From assembly GCA_040753015.1 (NCBI GenBank), contig JBFMHM010000001.1:275157-339156 (forward strand): 64,000 nucleotides of DNA. Reading direction: 5' to 3'. Positions 10,779 to 21,172 of this stretch are shown here, one piece after another (positions within the stretch are counted from its first letter, which is position 1; the number at the start of each line of letters is the position of its first letter). The translations under genes and the position numbers were made by a program. This DNA is from Candidatus Omnitrophota bacterium (lineage in GTDB: Bacteria; Omnitrophota; Gorgyraeia; Gygaellales; JBFMHM01). The notes under the pieces are model-generated. The model had not been told where the DNA came from, did no database searches, and saw nothing but the letters and a program-made list of their open reading frames with translations.

Positions 10779-11568
10779 ATCTTTCCAGGGAATTAATTAA
10801 TTCCTGCGTATAAACTGACTGCGGCTTTGAAAAAATATCATTTTTTTCGCCTAATTCAATGATCTTGCCCTTATACATAATTGCAACCCTTGTCGCTATT
10901 TTTTTAATGTTAAATAGATTATGCGTAATAAATATAATCGTAAAATTAAATTTCTTTTTTAAATCTATAAGCAGGCCGATGATTTCGGCCTCAATTGTTA
11001 CATCTAGGGCGGTTGTCGGTTCATCAGCAATTAAAATTTCTGGCCTACTCGATAGTGCAATTGCAATCATTATCCTTTGGTTCATACCGCCAGATAATTC
11101 ATGAGGATATTTTTTAAGGCAAGACTCTGGATCCTGAATTCTCACTGCTCTTAATAATTCGATTGCCTCTTGCCTTGCGGATATTAAATTTATTTCTTGA
11201 TGAAATAAAATTGTTTCAATCAATTGCTCACCAACACTAAGTACGGGATTCAAATAAGCCTGCGGTTCCTGAAATATATAAGATATTTTTGCCCCACGAA
11301 TTTGCTGTAAACAAAACTCACTTTCTTTTAACAAATCTTTTGTTTTGAAAATCACCTGCCCGCTTTCGATAAAAGCATTCTTCGGTAAAAGGCGGGTTAA
11401 AGAAAGGGCCAAAGATGTCTTGCCGCTGCCGGACTCACCGACTAAACCAAAAATTTCATCTTTATAAATAGATAAATTTATATCATCCAAAGCCTTATTG
11501 AAATTATAATTAGTTTTATAACTTACGGTTAAATTTTTTATCTCTAAAATAACCGCTATATCTATCAT
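10759..11568 (-). CDS. Peptide/nickel ABC transporter ATPase (OppD-like)
   Basis: GESGSGKTS, YPHELSGGMNQR, DEPTTALD. Confidence 0.92.
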   Translation of the reverse strand: MIDIAVILEIKNLTVSYKTNYNFNKALDDINLSIYKDEIFGLVGESGSGKTSLALSLTRLLPKNAFIESGQVIFKTKDLLKESEFCLQQIRGAKISYIFQEPQAYLNPVLSVGEQLIETILFHQEINLISARQEAIELLRAVRIQDPESCLKKYPHELSGGMNQRIMIAIALSSRPEILIADEPTTALDVTIEAEIIGLLIDLKKKFNFTIIFITHNLFNIKKIATRVAIMYKGKIIELGEKNDIFSKPQSVYTQELINSLERYVIKNR

Positions 11569-12359
11569 TTAATCTGCTCTCTTATCCCTTCACCTAATAT
11601 ATTAATAGCAAGAATTGTAATTAAAATTGCACTACCCGGAAAGATAGTTAACCACCAAGCAATACCTAATGTTGATTTTCCATCTATTAAAATATTGCCC
11701 CAACTGGGAGTCGGCGGCTGAACTCCAAGACCTAAAAAACTTAAAGCTGATTCAATTAAAATTGCGCTAGCCATACCTAAAACACTACTTACTAAAATTG
11801 GCCCTATGCAATTTGGAATTATATGCCTTATAATTATTCGGCTATTGCTTGCGCCAAGACTGCGTGCAGCTAAAACATATTCTAGTTCTTTTATTTTTAA
11901 AACTTCAGCGCGCATTATACGAGCAGATGACATCCAGCTTGTTAAGCCGATAATAACCATTATATTTAAAATAGACGGCTCCAAAACACTTACAACCGTA
12001 AGCAGTAAGAAAAATGTCGGAAAGCAAAGCATCATATCGACAAAACGCATAATAATAGAATCGATCCTACCTCCAAAAAAACCGGCAATCGCCCCAAAAA
12101 ATATACCAACTAATGTAGAAATCCCTACAGCAATAAATCCAACACTCAAAGAAACTCTTGCGCCATAAACCATACGAGTAAGAACATCGCGCCCAAGCTG
12201 ATCTGTACCAAAAATATGTTTTGCGCTCGGCGGCATAAGTAACTCATCAACATTAATCTCACTAGGATCATATTTTAAAAATATTGGTCCAAAAATACCG
12301 ATAACTAACATTATCAGTAAAATTAAACTACCAAAAAATATCAAATGATTCTTAATCAT
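11565..12359 (-). CDS. Peptide ABC transporter permease (OppC-like)
   Basis: [30 protein letters not shown]. Confidence 0.93.
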   Translation of the reverse strand: MIKNHLIFFGSLILLIMLVIGIFGPIFLKYDPSEINVDELLMPPSAKHIFGTDQLGRDVLTRMVYGARVSLSVGFIAVGISTLVGIFFGAIAGFFGGRIDSIIMRFVDMMLCFPTFFLLLTVVSVLEPSILNIMVIIGLTSWMSSARIMRAEVLKIKELEYVLAARSLGASNSRIIIRHIIPNCIGPILVSSVLGMASAILIESALSFLGLGVQPPTPSWGNILIDGKSTLGIAWWLTIFPGSAILITILAINILGEGIREQIK

Positions 12360-13330
12360 TTTTTATACCTTATCCTCGGATCAACATAAGCATAACTTAT
12401 ATCGGCAATCAAATTACCTATAAGTGTCAATATTGCGCCGATGGAAAGCTCTGCCATAATTACTGGGTAATCACGTGCCATAACTGCCTCATAAAATAAT
12501 CTGCCAATACCAGGTATTGCAAAAATTGACTCAAAAATAACACTTCCTCCTAATAAAGCCGGTACAGATAAACCAAGAATAGTAACAATAGGTAAAATCG
12601 CATTTCTTAGCGCATGTTTATAAAGCACCTGTTTTTCCGGAAGGCCTTTTGCTCTTGCAGCACAAATATAGGGGCTATCTAAAACGCTAATCATATTTGA
12701 ACGCATATAACGAGAAACTCCAGCAAGCCCAGTAATACTTAGAATAAAAACTGGTAGAATTATATGTTTCAATAAATCAATCATTTTTTGCCAAAAGTTC
12801 AGATATTCAAAATCAAGAGAATAAAGCCCTGATATAGGTAACCACCTAAATGTTATACCAAAAAGATTCATCAAAAGAAGCGCCAACCAAAAAGTTGGGA
12901 TACTAAACCCAATAAATACAAAAATAGTAGTAAACTTATCAAAGATACCACCTGGGTTAATTGCACTTTTTACGCCAATGATTATGCCAAAGATTAAAAT
13001 CAATAATAAAGATAAAATATTTAAAGTTATGGTTACAGGCATTCTCTCTATAATTTTTATTGAAACGCGGCGACTATCAATAAAGGAATTACCGAAATCA
13101 AAGAAAACAAACCTCTTAACCCAGTTTAAATACTGAGTATAAATTGGCTTATCTAAACCATATAATTTTTCAAGCCGCTCTCTCGCTTCAAAACTTACCC
13201 GCGGGTCCATACCCTCGCCTAAAACTGTTGGCTTTCCCGGAGCAAGATGAATCACAAAAAAACTAATTAATGTAATACCCAATAATAACGGTATAATACC
13301 TAATAACCTGCGTAAAATATAACTAAGCAT
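12356..13330 (-). CDS. Peptide ABC transporter permease (OppB-like)
   Basis: YILRRLL, ARAKGL..KHALRNA, RDYPV, DPRIR. Confidence 0.93.
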   Translation of the reverse strand: MLSYILRRLLGIIPLLLGITLISFFVIHLAPGKPTVLGEGMDPRVSFEARERLEKLYGLDKPIYTQYLNWVKRFVFFDFGNSFIDSRRVSIKIIERMPVTITLNILSLLLILIFGIIIGVKSAINPGGIFDKFTTIFVFIGFSIPTFWLALLLMNLFGITFRWLPISGLYSLDFEYLNFWQKMIDLLKHIILPVFILSITGLAGVSRYMRSNMISVLDSPYICAARAKGLPEKQVLYKHALRNAILPIVTILGLSVPALLGGSVIFESIFAIPGIGRLFYEAVMARDYPVIMAELSIGAILTLIGNLIADISYAYVDPRIRYKK

Positions 13331-14941
13331 TTAATTTTGAATTTTGCATTTTGATTTTTGATTTTCCAAAATCCACCATTTTATAAAATTATAACCGATG
13401 CCAATAGGCGCAGGAGCAATACCTTTAATTTTTTTATTTATAATTGTCAAACTATCCGGCACATATAAAAACATATAAGGCTGCTCTTCATAAAGCATGC
13501 GATGAATTTCGTGATAATATCTTTTTCTCTCATCTATGTTAAATGTGCGGCGCGCATCTATAAGCAATCTGTCAATATTTTTATTGCTGTATCCGATAAA
13601 ATTAAATTCTCCTTCTTTTGTTTTTGACGAATGCCAAATATCAAAACAATCAGGATCCCTGCCTAGCGACCAGCCCAAAATAACAGCTTCAAATTTTTTT
13701 TTATTAATAAACTCTGATAAGAAAGCTGTCCATTCAATCACCTTTATTTTAACTTTTATGCCAATCTTAGAAAGCTCGTGCTGGATAATCTCTGCGGTTC
13801 TAGTTCTAAGATCATTGCCTTGATTAGTAATGATTGTAAATTCGAAAATTTTACCGTCTTTATCTAACCAGCCGTCACCATCATTATCTTGCCAGCCAGC
13901 TTCTTTTAAAAGAGATAAAGCTTCTTTAGGGTCGTATGCGGCGGGAATAATCTCCTTATTATAAGCCCAAGACTCAGGCACAAATGGGCCTGTACACTCC
14001 CGCCCTAAGCCTAACAAAACAATTTTTATAATCTGTTGTTTATCGACAGCATAATTTAATGCTTTACGTACGCGAATATCTTTAAATTTTTCATTTGACA
14101 GGTTATAGCCCAAATATACATAAGTAAAACTTTCCCAGCGGAATTTCTGGTAATTTTCTTTAAAAAATTTTGTATCTGTTTGACGCTTATACTGTAATGG
14201 TGTAATTCCTGTTAAATCAACTGCCCCTGTTTGTAATTCTAAAAATAATGTGGCGGGATCACTAATTATGCGGCTAACATATTTGTCAATATACGGGCGC
14301 CCTTCGAAATAATTTGGATTTACTTCCAATTCAATCTTTGTTTGTCGAACCCATTTTTTTAGCTTATAGGGGCCAGTACCAATAGGATTGTGTGAAAAAT
14401 TCGTTGTGTCTAAATTTTGATTTTCTAGAATATGCCGCGGCATAATTGGCATTGCCCAACTGGCTAAACCCGGAGAAAATGGCTCTTTATATCTAACCTT
14501 TATAGTATAATCATCAATTATATCTAAAGACTCAACTTCCTTAAAATCACCGCTATAAGGAGTTTTTGTATTTGGATCGATTAGTTTCTGATAAGTAAAT
14601 TCTACATCTTTGGCCGTAAAAATAGCCTCATCCTGCCAGAGGACATTTTTTCTTAAATGAAAAATTACTGTTTTACCTTGATCTTCTATATCCCAGCTTT
14701 CAGCTAAATCTCCTACTAAATTTATATCTTTATCATATTTCACAAGGCCATTAAAAATCATCCCGCAAATACCGGCCGATGCAGAATCTGACGCAAGTAT
14801 TGGAATAAAAGTGCGGGCATCTGAGCTTGAACCTTCAATTATTCTACCGCCATAGTCCTGACCGTAAGATAAATTAAACCATGCCAAAATTATAAAGGCT
14901 GCTCCGATATATTGGAACAGCCTTAAAAAAAACAAATGCAT
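13331..14941 (-). CDS. Peptide ABC transporter substrate-binding protein (family 5)
   Basis: LAESWD, FHLRKNVLWQD, PIGTGPYK, VRKALNYAVD. Confidence 0.92.
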   Translation of the reverse strand: MHLFFLRLFQYIGAAFIILAWFNLSYGQDYGGRIIEGSSSDARTFIPILASDSASAGICGMIFNGLVKYDKDINLVGDLAESWDIEDQGKTVIFHLRKNVLWQDEAIFTAKDVEFTYQKLIDPNTKTPYSGDFKEVESLDIIDDYTIKVRYKEPFSPGLASWAMPIMPRHILENQNLDTTNFSHNPIGTGPYKLKKWVRQTKIELEVNPNYFEGRPYIDKYVSRIISDPATLFLELQTGAVDLTGITPLQYKRQTDTKFFKENYQKFRWESFTYVYLGYNLSNEKFKDIRVRKALNYAVDKQQIIKIVLLGLGRECTGPFVPESWAYNKEIIPAAYDPKEALSLLKEAGWQDNDGDGWLDKDGKIFEFTIITNQGNDLRTRTAEIIQHELSKIGIKVKIKVIEWTAFLSEFINKKKFEAVILGWSLGRDPDCFDIWHSSKTKEGEFNFIGYSNKNIDRLLIDARRTFNIDERKRYYHEIHRMLYEEQPYMFLYVPDSLTIINKKIKGIAPAPIGIGYNFIKWWILENQKSKCKIQN

Positions 14942-14948
14942 TAATAGT

Positions 14949-15425
14949 TTATTTTTTATCCTGTTGCTTAACCAATTCAGCCTGCATTTTTACACGGTAT
15001 TCTTCTTGAATCTTTTTCCATTTATCTATCTGATCTAACGTTAAAATACCTTCAACCTTTCTTGAAGATTCTATATCTGTATAAGATATATCAACTTGAA
15101 TTTTTGATATTTGCTCGAGCTTTTGTTTAATCAACTTTAGATTAGCCTTTTCTTTAATAAGCCCGAGCAATTCTTGCCCTGCGGCATCAAGTTGTTTTCT
15201 CTTTTCGGTAATATAAGCCTGTAAATCGGAGATGGTTTTTTTCAAGTCGGTTACCTGTTTATCTGTAAGCTTCAATTCATCTTTATAATCAAAGATTGTT
15301 TTTGCTTGAACATCTTCCACAGCCCTAACTTGAGGGGCTATGTCTTTTCCTTTTACTTCTGCAAAAGTATACCTGATTGAAAATATAGTTAAGAATATAA
15401 TTAATATTAGGGTTATTTTTTTAAT
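14949..15425 (-). CDS. Periplasmic Spy/CpxP-like helical protein; probable ATT start at 15425 (ORF track starts at GTG 15320)
   Basis: LKLTDKQ and ILTLDQ (LTxxQ-like) motifs; in-frame signal peptide KKITLILIIFLTIFSIRYTFA after SD AAGGAGGT. Confidence 0.65.
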   Translation of the reverse strand: MKKITLILIIFLTIFSIRYTFAEVKGKDIAPQVRAVEDVQAKTIFDYKDELKLTDKQVTDLKKTISDLQAYITEKRKQLDAAGQELLGLIKEKANLKLIKQKLEQISKIQVDISYTDIESSRKVEGILTLDQIDKWKKIQEEYRVKMQAELVKQQDKK

Positions 15426-15457
15426 ATTTACCTCCTTGTTAATATAATATATTATGC

Positions 15458-18400
15458 CTATTTAAAACTAAAAGGCAAGGTCTTTTCTTCTAAAATTGAT
15501 TCCGGCATCACCAATTGATTCTTAGCGCCCATAAAACTTGGAACAGTATTTGCGACAAAAGGATTAAGCTGAGCATCAGCCTGACGGTACGCGCTATATA
15601 TATAATCTCCCCCGCCCACTATAGTATTATTTACAATGAATAACCCTGAATCTTGGGTTACATTTTCAAATTTAAACTTAACAAACGGGTTTGGCCCATC
15701 AGCAGTTAAATTCGCCGAAATTACACCGCTAATAGCATCTTTCCCACCAGCAGAAATAGTTACTGCTTCAACAGTTGTATCAGCATTAGTTACAATCGTT
15801 ATGGGGTTTAATGAATCACCTACTGAACCGCCAAGTGCTGTGAGGCTTATTGTAGGAGAAGTTATAGCAGTTACCCCCGGAGCCAAACCATTTAATATAG
15901 AACCTGGGGAAGTTAAACTAATCCTATCTCCTGACAAAGGAGAAGTAATTGTTTCATTGCCGCCGCCTAGTTTATTTATTGTTAAAGGATTACCAATTAA
16001 TGTGCCATGGCTTAAACCGCCATAATAATTAATTGTGAATGGACCTGTACTCGTAGCGTTTCTAAATGTTGCATTATTACTAGTTGTAGTAATTGATGTC
16101 GGAGGATTTGTTGCACCAACATTTGCTCCAGCATTAAAAGTCAGGCTGCCATTTGCCCCGCAGGTAATTGTAAGCCCAACAAGCCCGTCAACTAATGAAC
16201 TATAAGTTTGGTTTGTTCCGGCTGCAGCAGTAGTTATTGTTACGGCTGCGGTTGATAAAGTGAGTGTATCTGTCGCGGCATTACCAAATGTTAATGCACC
16301 CGCTGAAGTAAGAGTTAAACCATCCAAAGTTATATTTGCATTAAATGTAGAAGCAGTATCACCTGCAGCAATTGTAATATCGTCTTTAAACGTAACTGCT
16401 CCTGCACCATTTGCCTGAGTAATACCGCTCGCAGTTACAAGAGTACTTTCAAAGCTGGTTGTACTGGTTGAGTTAATGATTAAGGCTGCGCCTATTCCAT
16501 CACCAATTGGGGTTACGGAACCAACAGCGGCATTAAAGGTTGAGGTTCCAGTTACCCCCAAAGTAAGATCAAAAGCGCCGTCAATGAGTGAATTAACAAT
16601 TAAATCATCGCCAGCACCTGTTGTATTTATTGTAACAGCTGCTGTAGTAAGATTAACCTGATCTGTTCCGGCATTACCAAAGGTTATGTCACCGCCAGAT
16701 TGAAACGTTAACCCGTCTAAGTTAACAACAGCATTATTCAAAGTTGTTGCTGTATTTCCTGCGGCAATGGTTACATCGCCTTTAAAAGTTATATCCCCTG
16801 CTCCATTTGCAGAAGTAATGCCGCTTGCGGTTGCAAGAGTGCTTTCAAAGCTGGTTGTACCGGTTGAGTTAATGGTTAGGGCCGCACCTGTTCCGTCGCC
16901 AATTGGGGTTGCAGAACCGACTGCATTGTTAAAAGTAGTATTACCTGTTCCGGCTGCTAAAACAAGGTCTACACCTCCATCAACCAGGCCTGTAAAACCA
17001 ATCGTATCATTACTTGAGGTAAATGTTGTTGTTAAAAACCCATTAAGCGTTATAGAATTAGCGGCGCCTGCATTATAAGTTTGCTTATTAGCATTATAAG
17101 TGGTACCATCTAATCTAATCGAAGCAACATCTCCTCCAGCATCGGATCCAGTAATAGTTGTGTCGCCTGTAACGCCTGCACCAGCACCACCAATACTGTT
17201 TACGACAATATCATTACCACTAATAGTTAAAGATGTAACTGCTGTAGTTGCCCCTATCGCACTATTCACTGTAACATCTGCCAACCCAGCAGTTAAAGCA
17301 AATGCCTTGCCGCCGTCAATTGCGCCCGTAAGCGTAATATCTCCATCATTACCGGCTGTATCTGTATCTATTGTTACATCTGCCCCTAAAGTAATATTAG
17401 CAGTGCTGTTTAAGGTTACAGTATTACCCGCAGCATCAGAAGTAGTAATACCGCCATTTAAAGTTAGGGTGGCGCCGGCACTAACATTAACAGTATTTAT
17501 TTCATCAGCATTACCAATTGCTCCAACAGTTGAATTTCCCAGCATATTAGTAATTGTAAAATCTTCAGAACTTGTTCCCCTGACTGTGCCCACCGTAATA
17601 TTGCCGCCTAAAAGCCCCGGGGTAATTGTTAAATCTGAACCATTAGCCAGTGTAATTGTCCCTGTAAAAGTAATATCATCCCCGCTTGAAGTAAATGTTG
17701 TCGCCGCGCCTGCATCCATAGTGATCGCGTTACCAGCTGCGCCAGCATCATAGGTCTGCTGATTTGCAGTATAAGTTGCTCCAGTAAAAGCAATTGACGT
17801 AGTTGCGGTAACTGAAGTTGCGCCGGTTATGCCTTCTGCGATTGCTGTACCAATACTGCCTAAACTTATGCTTTTTGCAGTTATAGTTAAAGCGGAAAGC
17901 GCAGTTGTTGCGCCAATTGCACCAGTAATTGTCACATTACCACTTCCACCGCCGCTTGTAGAATCTAAAGTCAAAGAATTTGTTTCAGCCAAAACACTAT
18001 CTACAGTTCCAGTAATATTTATGGTTGCGCCTGTTGATGTGCCGCCATTAGTTGTATCGAGTGTTACATTAGTATCCAGCTGGACATTATCACTTATGGT
18101 TATTGCCTGTCCTGCAGTAACAATATCAGCATTTAAAACTGTGGTTGCCCCAGAACCATCTAAAGTTACTGATGCATCACCAGATCCGGTAATTTGGCCG
18201 TTTACTGTGATTGTTCCGCCAGAAGGCGAATTTATTGTAATTGGATCGTTGAAAGTAATTGCATTTATTGTTGCCCCACCACTGCCATTACTACGGCCTA
18301 TAGTAATAGAAGCTGCTCCATCTTGTATTTCAGCAATTTCTGCGGCAGTCAAACTAAAATCCCCTGCTCCGCCAGCAATACCAATAGACCTACCAACAGT

Positions 18401-21154
18401 TGAAGGCTGTAATATAACATTACCGGTGCTAGTTATAGTCCCGTCTAAGGCAATCGTATCACAGGTTAAAGTAACGCCGCCGCTTCCTGAAGCAATTGTA
18501 CCTGCGGCAACTGACGTAAAAGACCCTGCGCCAGCATCAATTTCAATAGACGAGCTAGATGCAGCTGTAGAAAACGCTGTATCCAATGTAATTGCAGAAT
18601 TTGAAGCACGAATAACTACAGGATCAGCAAAAGTAATTGTCGCATCGCTATCCTGAATATCTATTGCGCCTGTGCCATCAGTGCGCCCAATTGTGATAGA
18701 ATTAAATTTTCCGCTATTATTAATAAAACCTATAGCCGCTTCAGATAAAGCAAAATTACCAGTTGCATCATCGCCAATGCCAATTGTCCGCGCTGCAGTT
18801 GATGGCTGCAATACCACTGCTCCGCCTCCTGTAGCACTCCAATTAGAATTTAGAGTAAGCGAATCAGCAGTTATTGTAATATCATTTGCGCCAGCACTTA
18901 CTTGGCCTATGGTAGTTGCTGCGGTTCCAGAATTAATTGTAATATCGCTTTTGTCTGCTAAAGTAAGTATTCCACCACTAAATGTAATCGCTACATTTGT
19001 TGTTTGAAATGTTGTTGCCGCGCCTGCGTTAACATTAATCGTGCTGGTAGTATCAGGAAGGCCCCATGTCTGAACACCAACACCTGTTCCAGCATTATAA
19101 ATTGTTCCGGTAAAATTGATTGCATGCGTTTCTGCCATCCTCATCGTACTAACAGTAACGCTATTTGCGCCAAGAGCTATAGCTGTACCAATATTTGCAA
19201 AGGTATATGTTACAGCACCAGCAACTCCCATATCCATCGCGCTAATATTTAAGTTATTTATTGCTGTTGTTGCACCAAGCGCACCGCTAAAAGTAACACT
19301 TCCTCCACCAAGAGTAGTTATTGTTAGGTTCTCTGTACCGGCAGTGCCATCTACAGTGCTATCAAAAGTTACTGCCGCACCGCCTGTAGAACCTGTGCTA
19401 AGCTGTGATGACGCTGTTAAAACTACTGCATTATTAAAATCTATTGCCGCTGTATTTGTCGTAATATTTGCACCTAGATTTATCGTATTTGCCCCACCGC
19501 AAGTTATAGATACTGCCCCTGCTCCATTAAAATCACCTAAATCTGCGCCAATTGTCACTGCGCCAGTATGAGTTATAGTAATAGTACCGACATTTCCTAA
19601 ACCATCATCTGTATCAATTATTCCGCCTGTATTATCAAAGGCAACGCCGGTCGATGTAAAAGTTCCGCCAAGGGTCGTAATAGTTGCATTAATATCTACA
19701 GCTCCGTCACCGCTTGCCGTGCCAAACGCACCGTTAGCATTTAATGCAACATTAAGAGCGCCGGTTGTAGAAGTAATTGTATTATTAATTACTATATCGT
19801 CTGCGGCATTCATGGTTATAGTTGCTGCGCCGCCCGCACTTTTATCAATTGCCGCAGTAACAGTGATATCGCCTTCTTGTGTTCCGCCGTCGGCAGTTGA
19901 AATAATTACACTTGTTCCAGCATTAAGTTGCGCTTCAATAGCTGCTTCACCTATGGTTGAGTTATCAGCATTTGCAGTAAAATTGGGGGCTAGACCATCA
20001 AGGGTGCCTGCTGCTACGGTAATCTCAATATTAAATGGATCTAATAGAAGTATACCGCCTGCGCCATTTTGAGCAGTTGCATTTGTAAGCAAACCTTCAA
20101 TGTAAATTGTATTTGCAGAAAATTCAATTAAACCGCCATTACCAGAAAAAATACTACGTACCTCTACTTTTACATCGCTTACTGCCGCAGAAAAGCCTCC
20201 TTGCATGCTAGAGAGTATTTTTATTGTGCCGGCGTTTGAGTTTTCGCCAAGGCCATTTGCAGTAATTAGACTATTGACTAAGGCAGTTGCTTGCTGGGAG
20301 TTAAAAGTAATTAAACCAGCATCCTGATTAGGTGCGCCGTCAGCATGAATTTCACCTGAATTTAACGCTAAGCCCTCTGCAGCAACTAATCTTATTTGGC
20401 CATTTTCCTCTATTATATGCCCTGCCTCAACTAGAGCGTCATAATTAACTACCTGGCAAATTAAATCCGACACATAATTTTGAGGAATCACTATATCGCT
20501 TGCGTTTTGGTTTAGCTCTGGTATAGCAAATGAAATTATCCCTCTTTGATCAAATGAAATAGTTGTTTGGTTTGTCCCGGCGATAACTACCTGCCCTAAG
20601 TTTGCAACAATTGTCCCTTCGTTTGCAACAAGAGGCGATGCTAAAATACAGTAGCCGTTAGGGTCAACAGTAATTGTGCCGCGATTAATTATATAGCTTG
20701 GATTGTAACCGTCTTTTAAATTAAATTGATAATTACCAGATAAAAAATCATCGTTTGAAATATCTAAGGTTGACGCCATAAACGATCCGCAGTCTATTCT
20801 AGAATTTGGCCCAAAAAATATTCCGTTTGGATTAACTAAAAACACCTGGCCATTTGCGCTTAGCCGGCCTAAGATTTCTGAAGGATTTATCCCTACTACC
20901 CTGTTCAACACTACCGATTGGCTGCTTGGCTGGATAAAATTAACTGATTCAGGTTGAGCAATATTGAAAGAATTATATTCAATGATTGCCTTATTAGAGG
21001 TAGTTACATTCAGAGTATTTGTATCAGGCTGGACAAAAGAGGCGCTTCCAGAAACTACTTGTGCGCCCTCGGGTAAAGCAAAACTGTTAAAAGGTAATCC
21101 TAAAAATAAAGACAGTATTATAAAACAAGCTATTGGGGCCTTAATTATCTTCAT
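15458..21154 (-). CDS. TpsA filamentous haemagglutinin-like exoprotein
   Basis: Signal peptide, TPS domain (LNRVVG..SEILGRLSANGQVFLVNPNGIFFG), T/G/A-rich beta-helix repeats. Confidence 0.93.
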   Translation of the reverse strand: MKIIKAPIACFIILSLFLGLPFNSFALPEGAQVVSGSASFVQPDTNTLNVTTSNKAIIEYNSFNIAQPESVNFIQPSSQSVVLNRVVGINPSEILGRLSANGQVFLVNPNGIFFGPNSRIDCGSFMASTLDISNDDFLSGNYQFNLKDGYNPSYIINRGTITVDPNGYCILASPLVANEGTIVANLGQVVIAGTNQTTISFDQRGIISFAIPELNQNASDIVIPQNYVSDLICQVVNYDALVEAGHIIEENGQIRLVAAEGLALNSGEIHADGAPNQDAGLITFNSQQATALVNSLITANGLGENSNAGTIKILSSMQGGFSAAVSDVKVEVRSIFSGNGGLIEFSANTIYIEGLLTNATAQNGAGGILLLDPFNIEITVAAGTLDGLAPNFTANADNSTIGEAAIEAQLNAGTSVIISTADGGTQEGDITVTAAIDKSAGGAATITMNAADDIVINNTITSTTGALNVALNANGAFGTASGDGAVDINATITTLGGTFTSTGVAFDNTGGIIDTDDGLGNVGTITITHTGAVTIGADLGDFNGAGAVSITCGGANTINLGANITTNTAAIDFNNAVVLTASSQLSTGSTGGAAVTFDSTVDGTAGTENLTITTLGGGSVTFSGALGATTAINNLNISAMDMGVAGAVTYTFANIGTAIALGANSVTVSTMRMAETHAINFTGTIYNAGTGVGVQTWGLPDTTSTINVNAGAATTFQTTNVAITFSGGILTLADKSDITINSGTAATTIGQVSAGANDITITADSLTLNSNWSATGGGAVVLQPSTAARTIGIGDDATGNFALSEAAIGFINNSGKFNSITIGRTDGTGAIDIQDSDATITFADPVVIRASNSAITLDTAFSTAASSSSIEIDAGAGSFTSVAAGTIASGSGGVTLTCDTIALDGTITSTGNVILQPSTVGRSIGIAGGAGDFSLTAAEIAEIQDGAASITIGRSNGSGGATINAITFNDPITINSPSGGTITVNGQITGSGDASVTLDGSGATTVLNADIVTAGQAITISDNVQLDTNVTLDTTNGGTSTGATINITGTVDSVLAETNSLTLDSTSGGGSGNVTITGAIGATTALSALTITAKSISLGSIGTAIAEGITGATSVTATTSIAFTGATYTANQQTYDAGAAGNAITMDAGAATTFTSSGDDITFTGTITLANGSDLTITPGLLGGNITVGTVRGTSSEDFTITNMLGNSTVGAIGNADEINTVNVSAGATLTLNGGITTSDAAGNTVTLNSTANITLGADVTIDTDTAGNDGDITLTGAIDGGKAFALTAGLADVTVNSAIGATTAVTSLTISGNDIVVNSIGGAGAGVTGDTTITGSDAGGDVASIRLDGTTYNANKQTYNAGAANSITLNGFLTTTFTSSNDTIGFTGLVDGGVDLVLAAGTGNTTFNNAVGSATPIGDGTGAALTINSTGTTSFESTLATASGITSANGAGDITFKGDVTIAAGNTATTLNNAVVNLDGLTFQSGGDITFGNAGTDQVNLTTAAVTINTTGAGDDLIVNSLIDGAFDLTLGVTGTSTFNAAVGSVTPIGDGIGAALIINSTSTTSFESTLVTASGITQANGAGAVTFKDDITIAAGDTASTFNANITLDGLTLTSAGALTFGNAATDTLTLSTAAVTITTAAAGTNQTYSSLVDGLVGLTITCGANGSLTFNAGANVGATNPPTSITTTSNNATFRNATSTGPFTINYYGGLSHGTLIGNPLTINKLGGGNETITSPLSGDRISLTSPGSILNGLAPGVTAITSPTISLTALGGSVGDSLNPITIVTNADTTVEAVTISAGGKDAISGVISANLTADGPNPFVKFKFENVTQDSGLFIVNNTIVGGGDYIYSAYRQADAQLNPFVANTVPSFMGAKNQLVMPESILEEKTLPFSFK

Positions 21155-21172
21155 GGGGGAATGCCTCCTTTT

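Noticed and set aside
16825-16835. GCGGTTGCAA arm core inside TpsA
   Set aside because: An isolated 10-mer explained by Leu-Ala-Thr-Ala codons, with no flanking periodic repeats.
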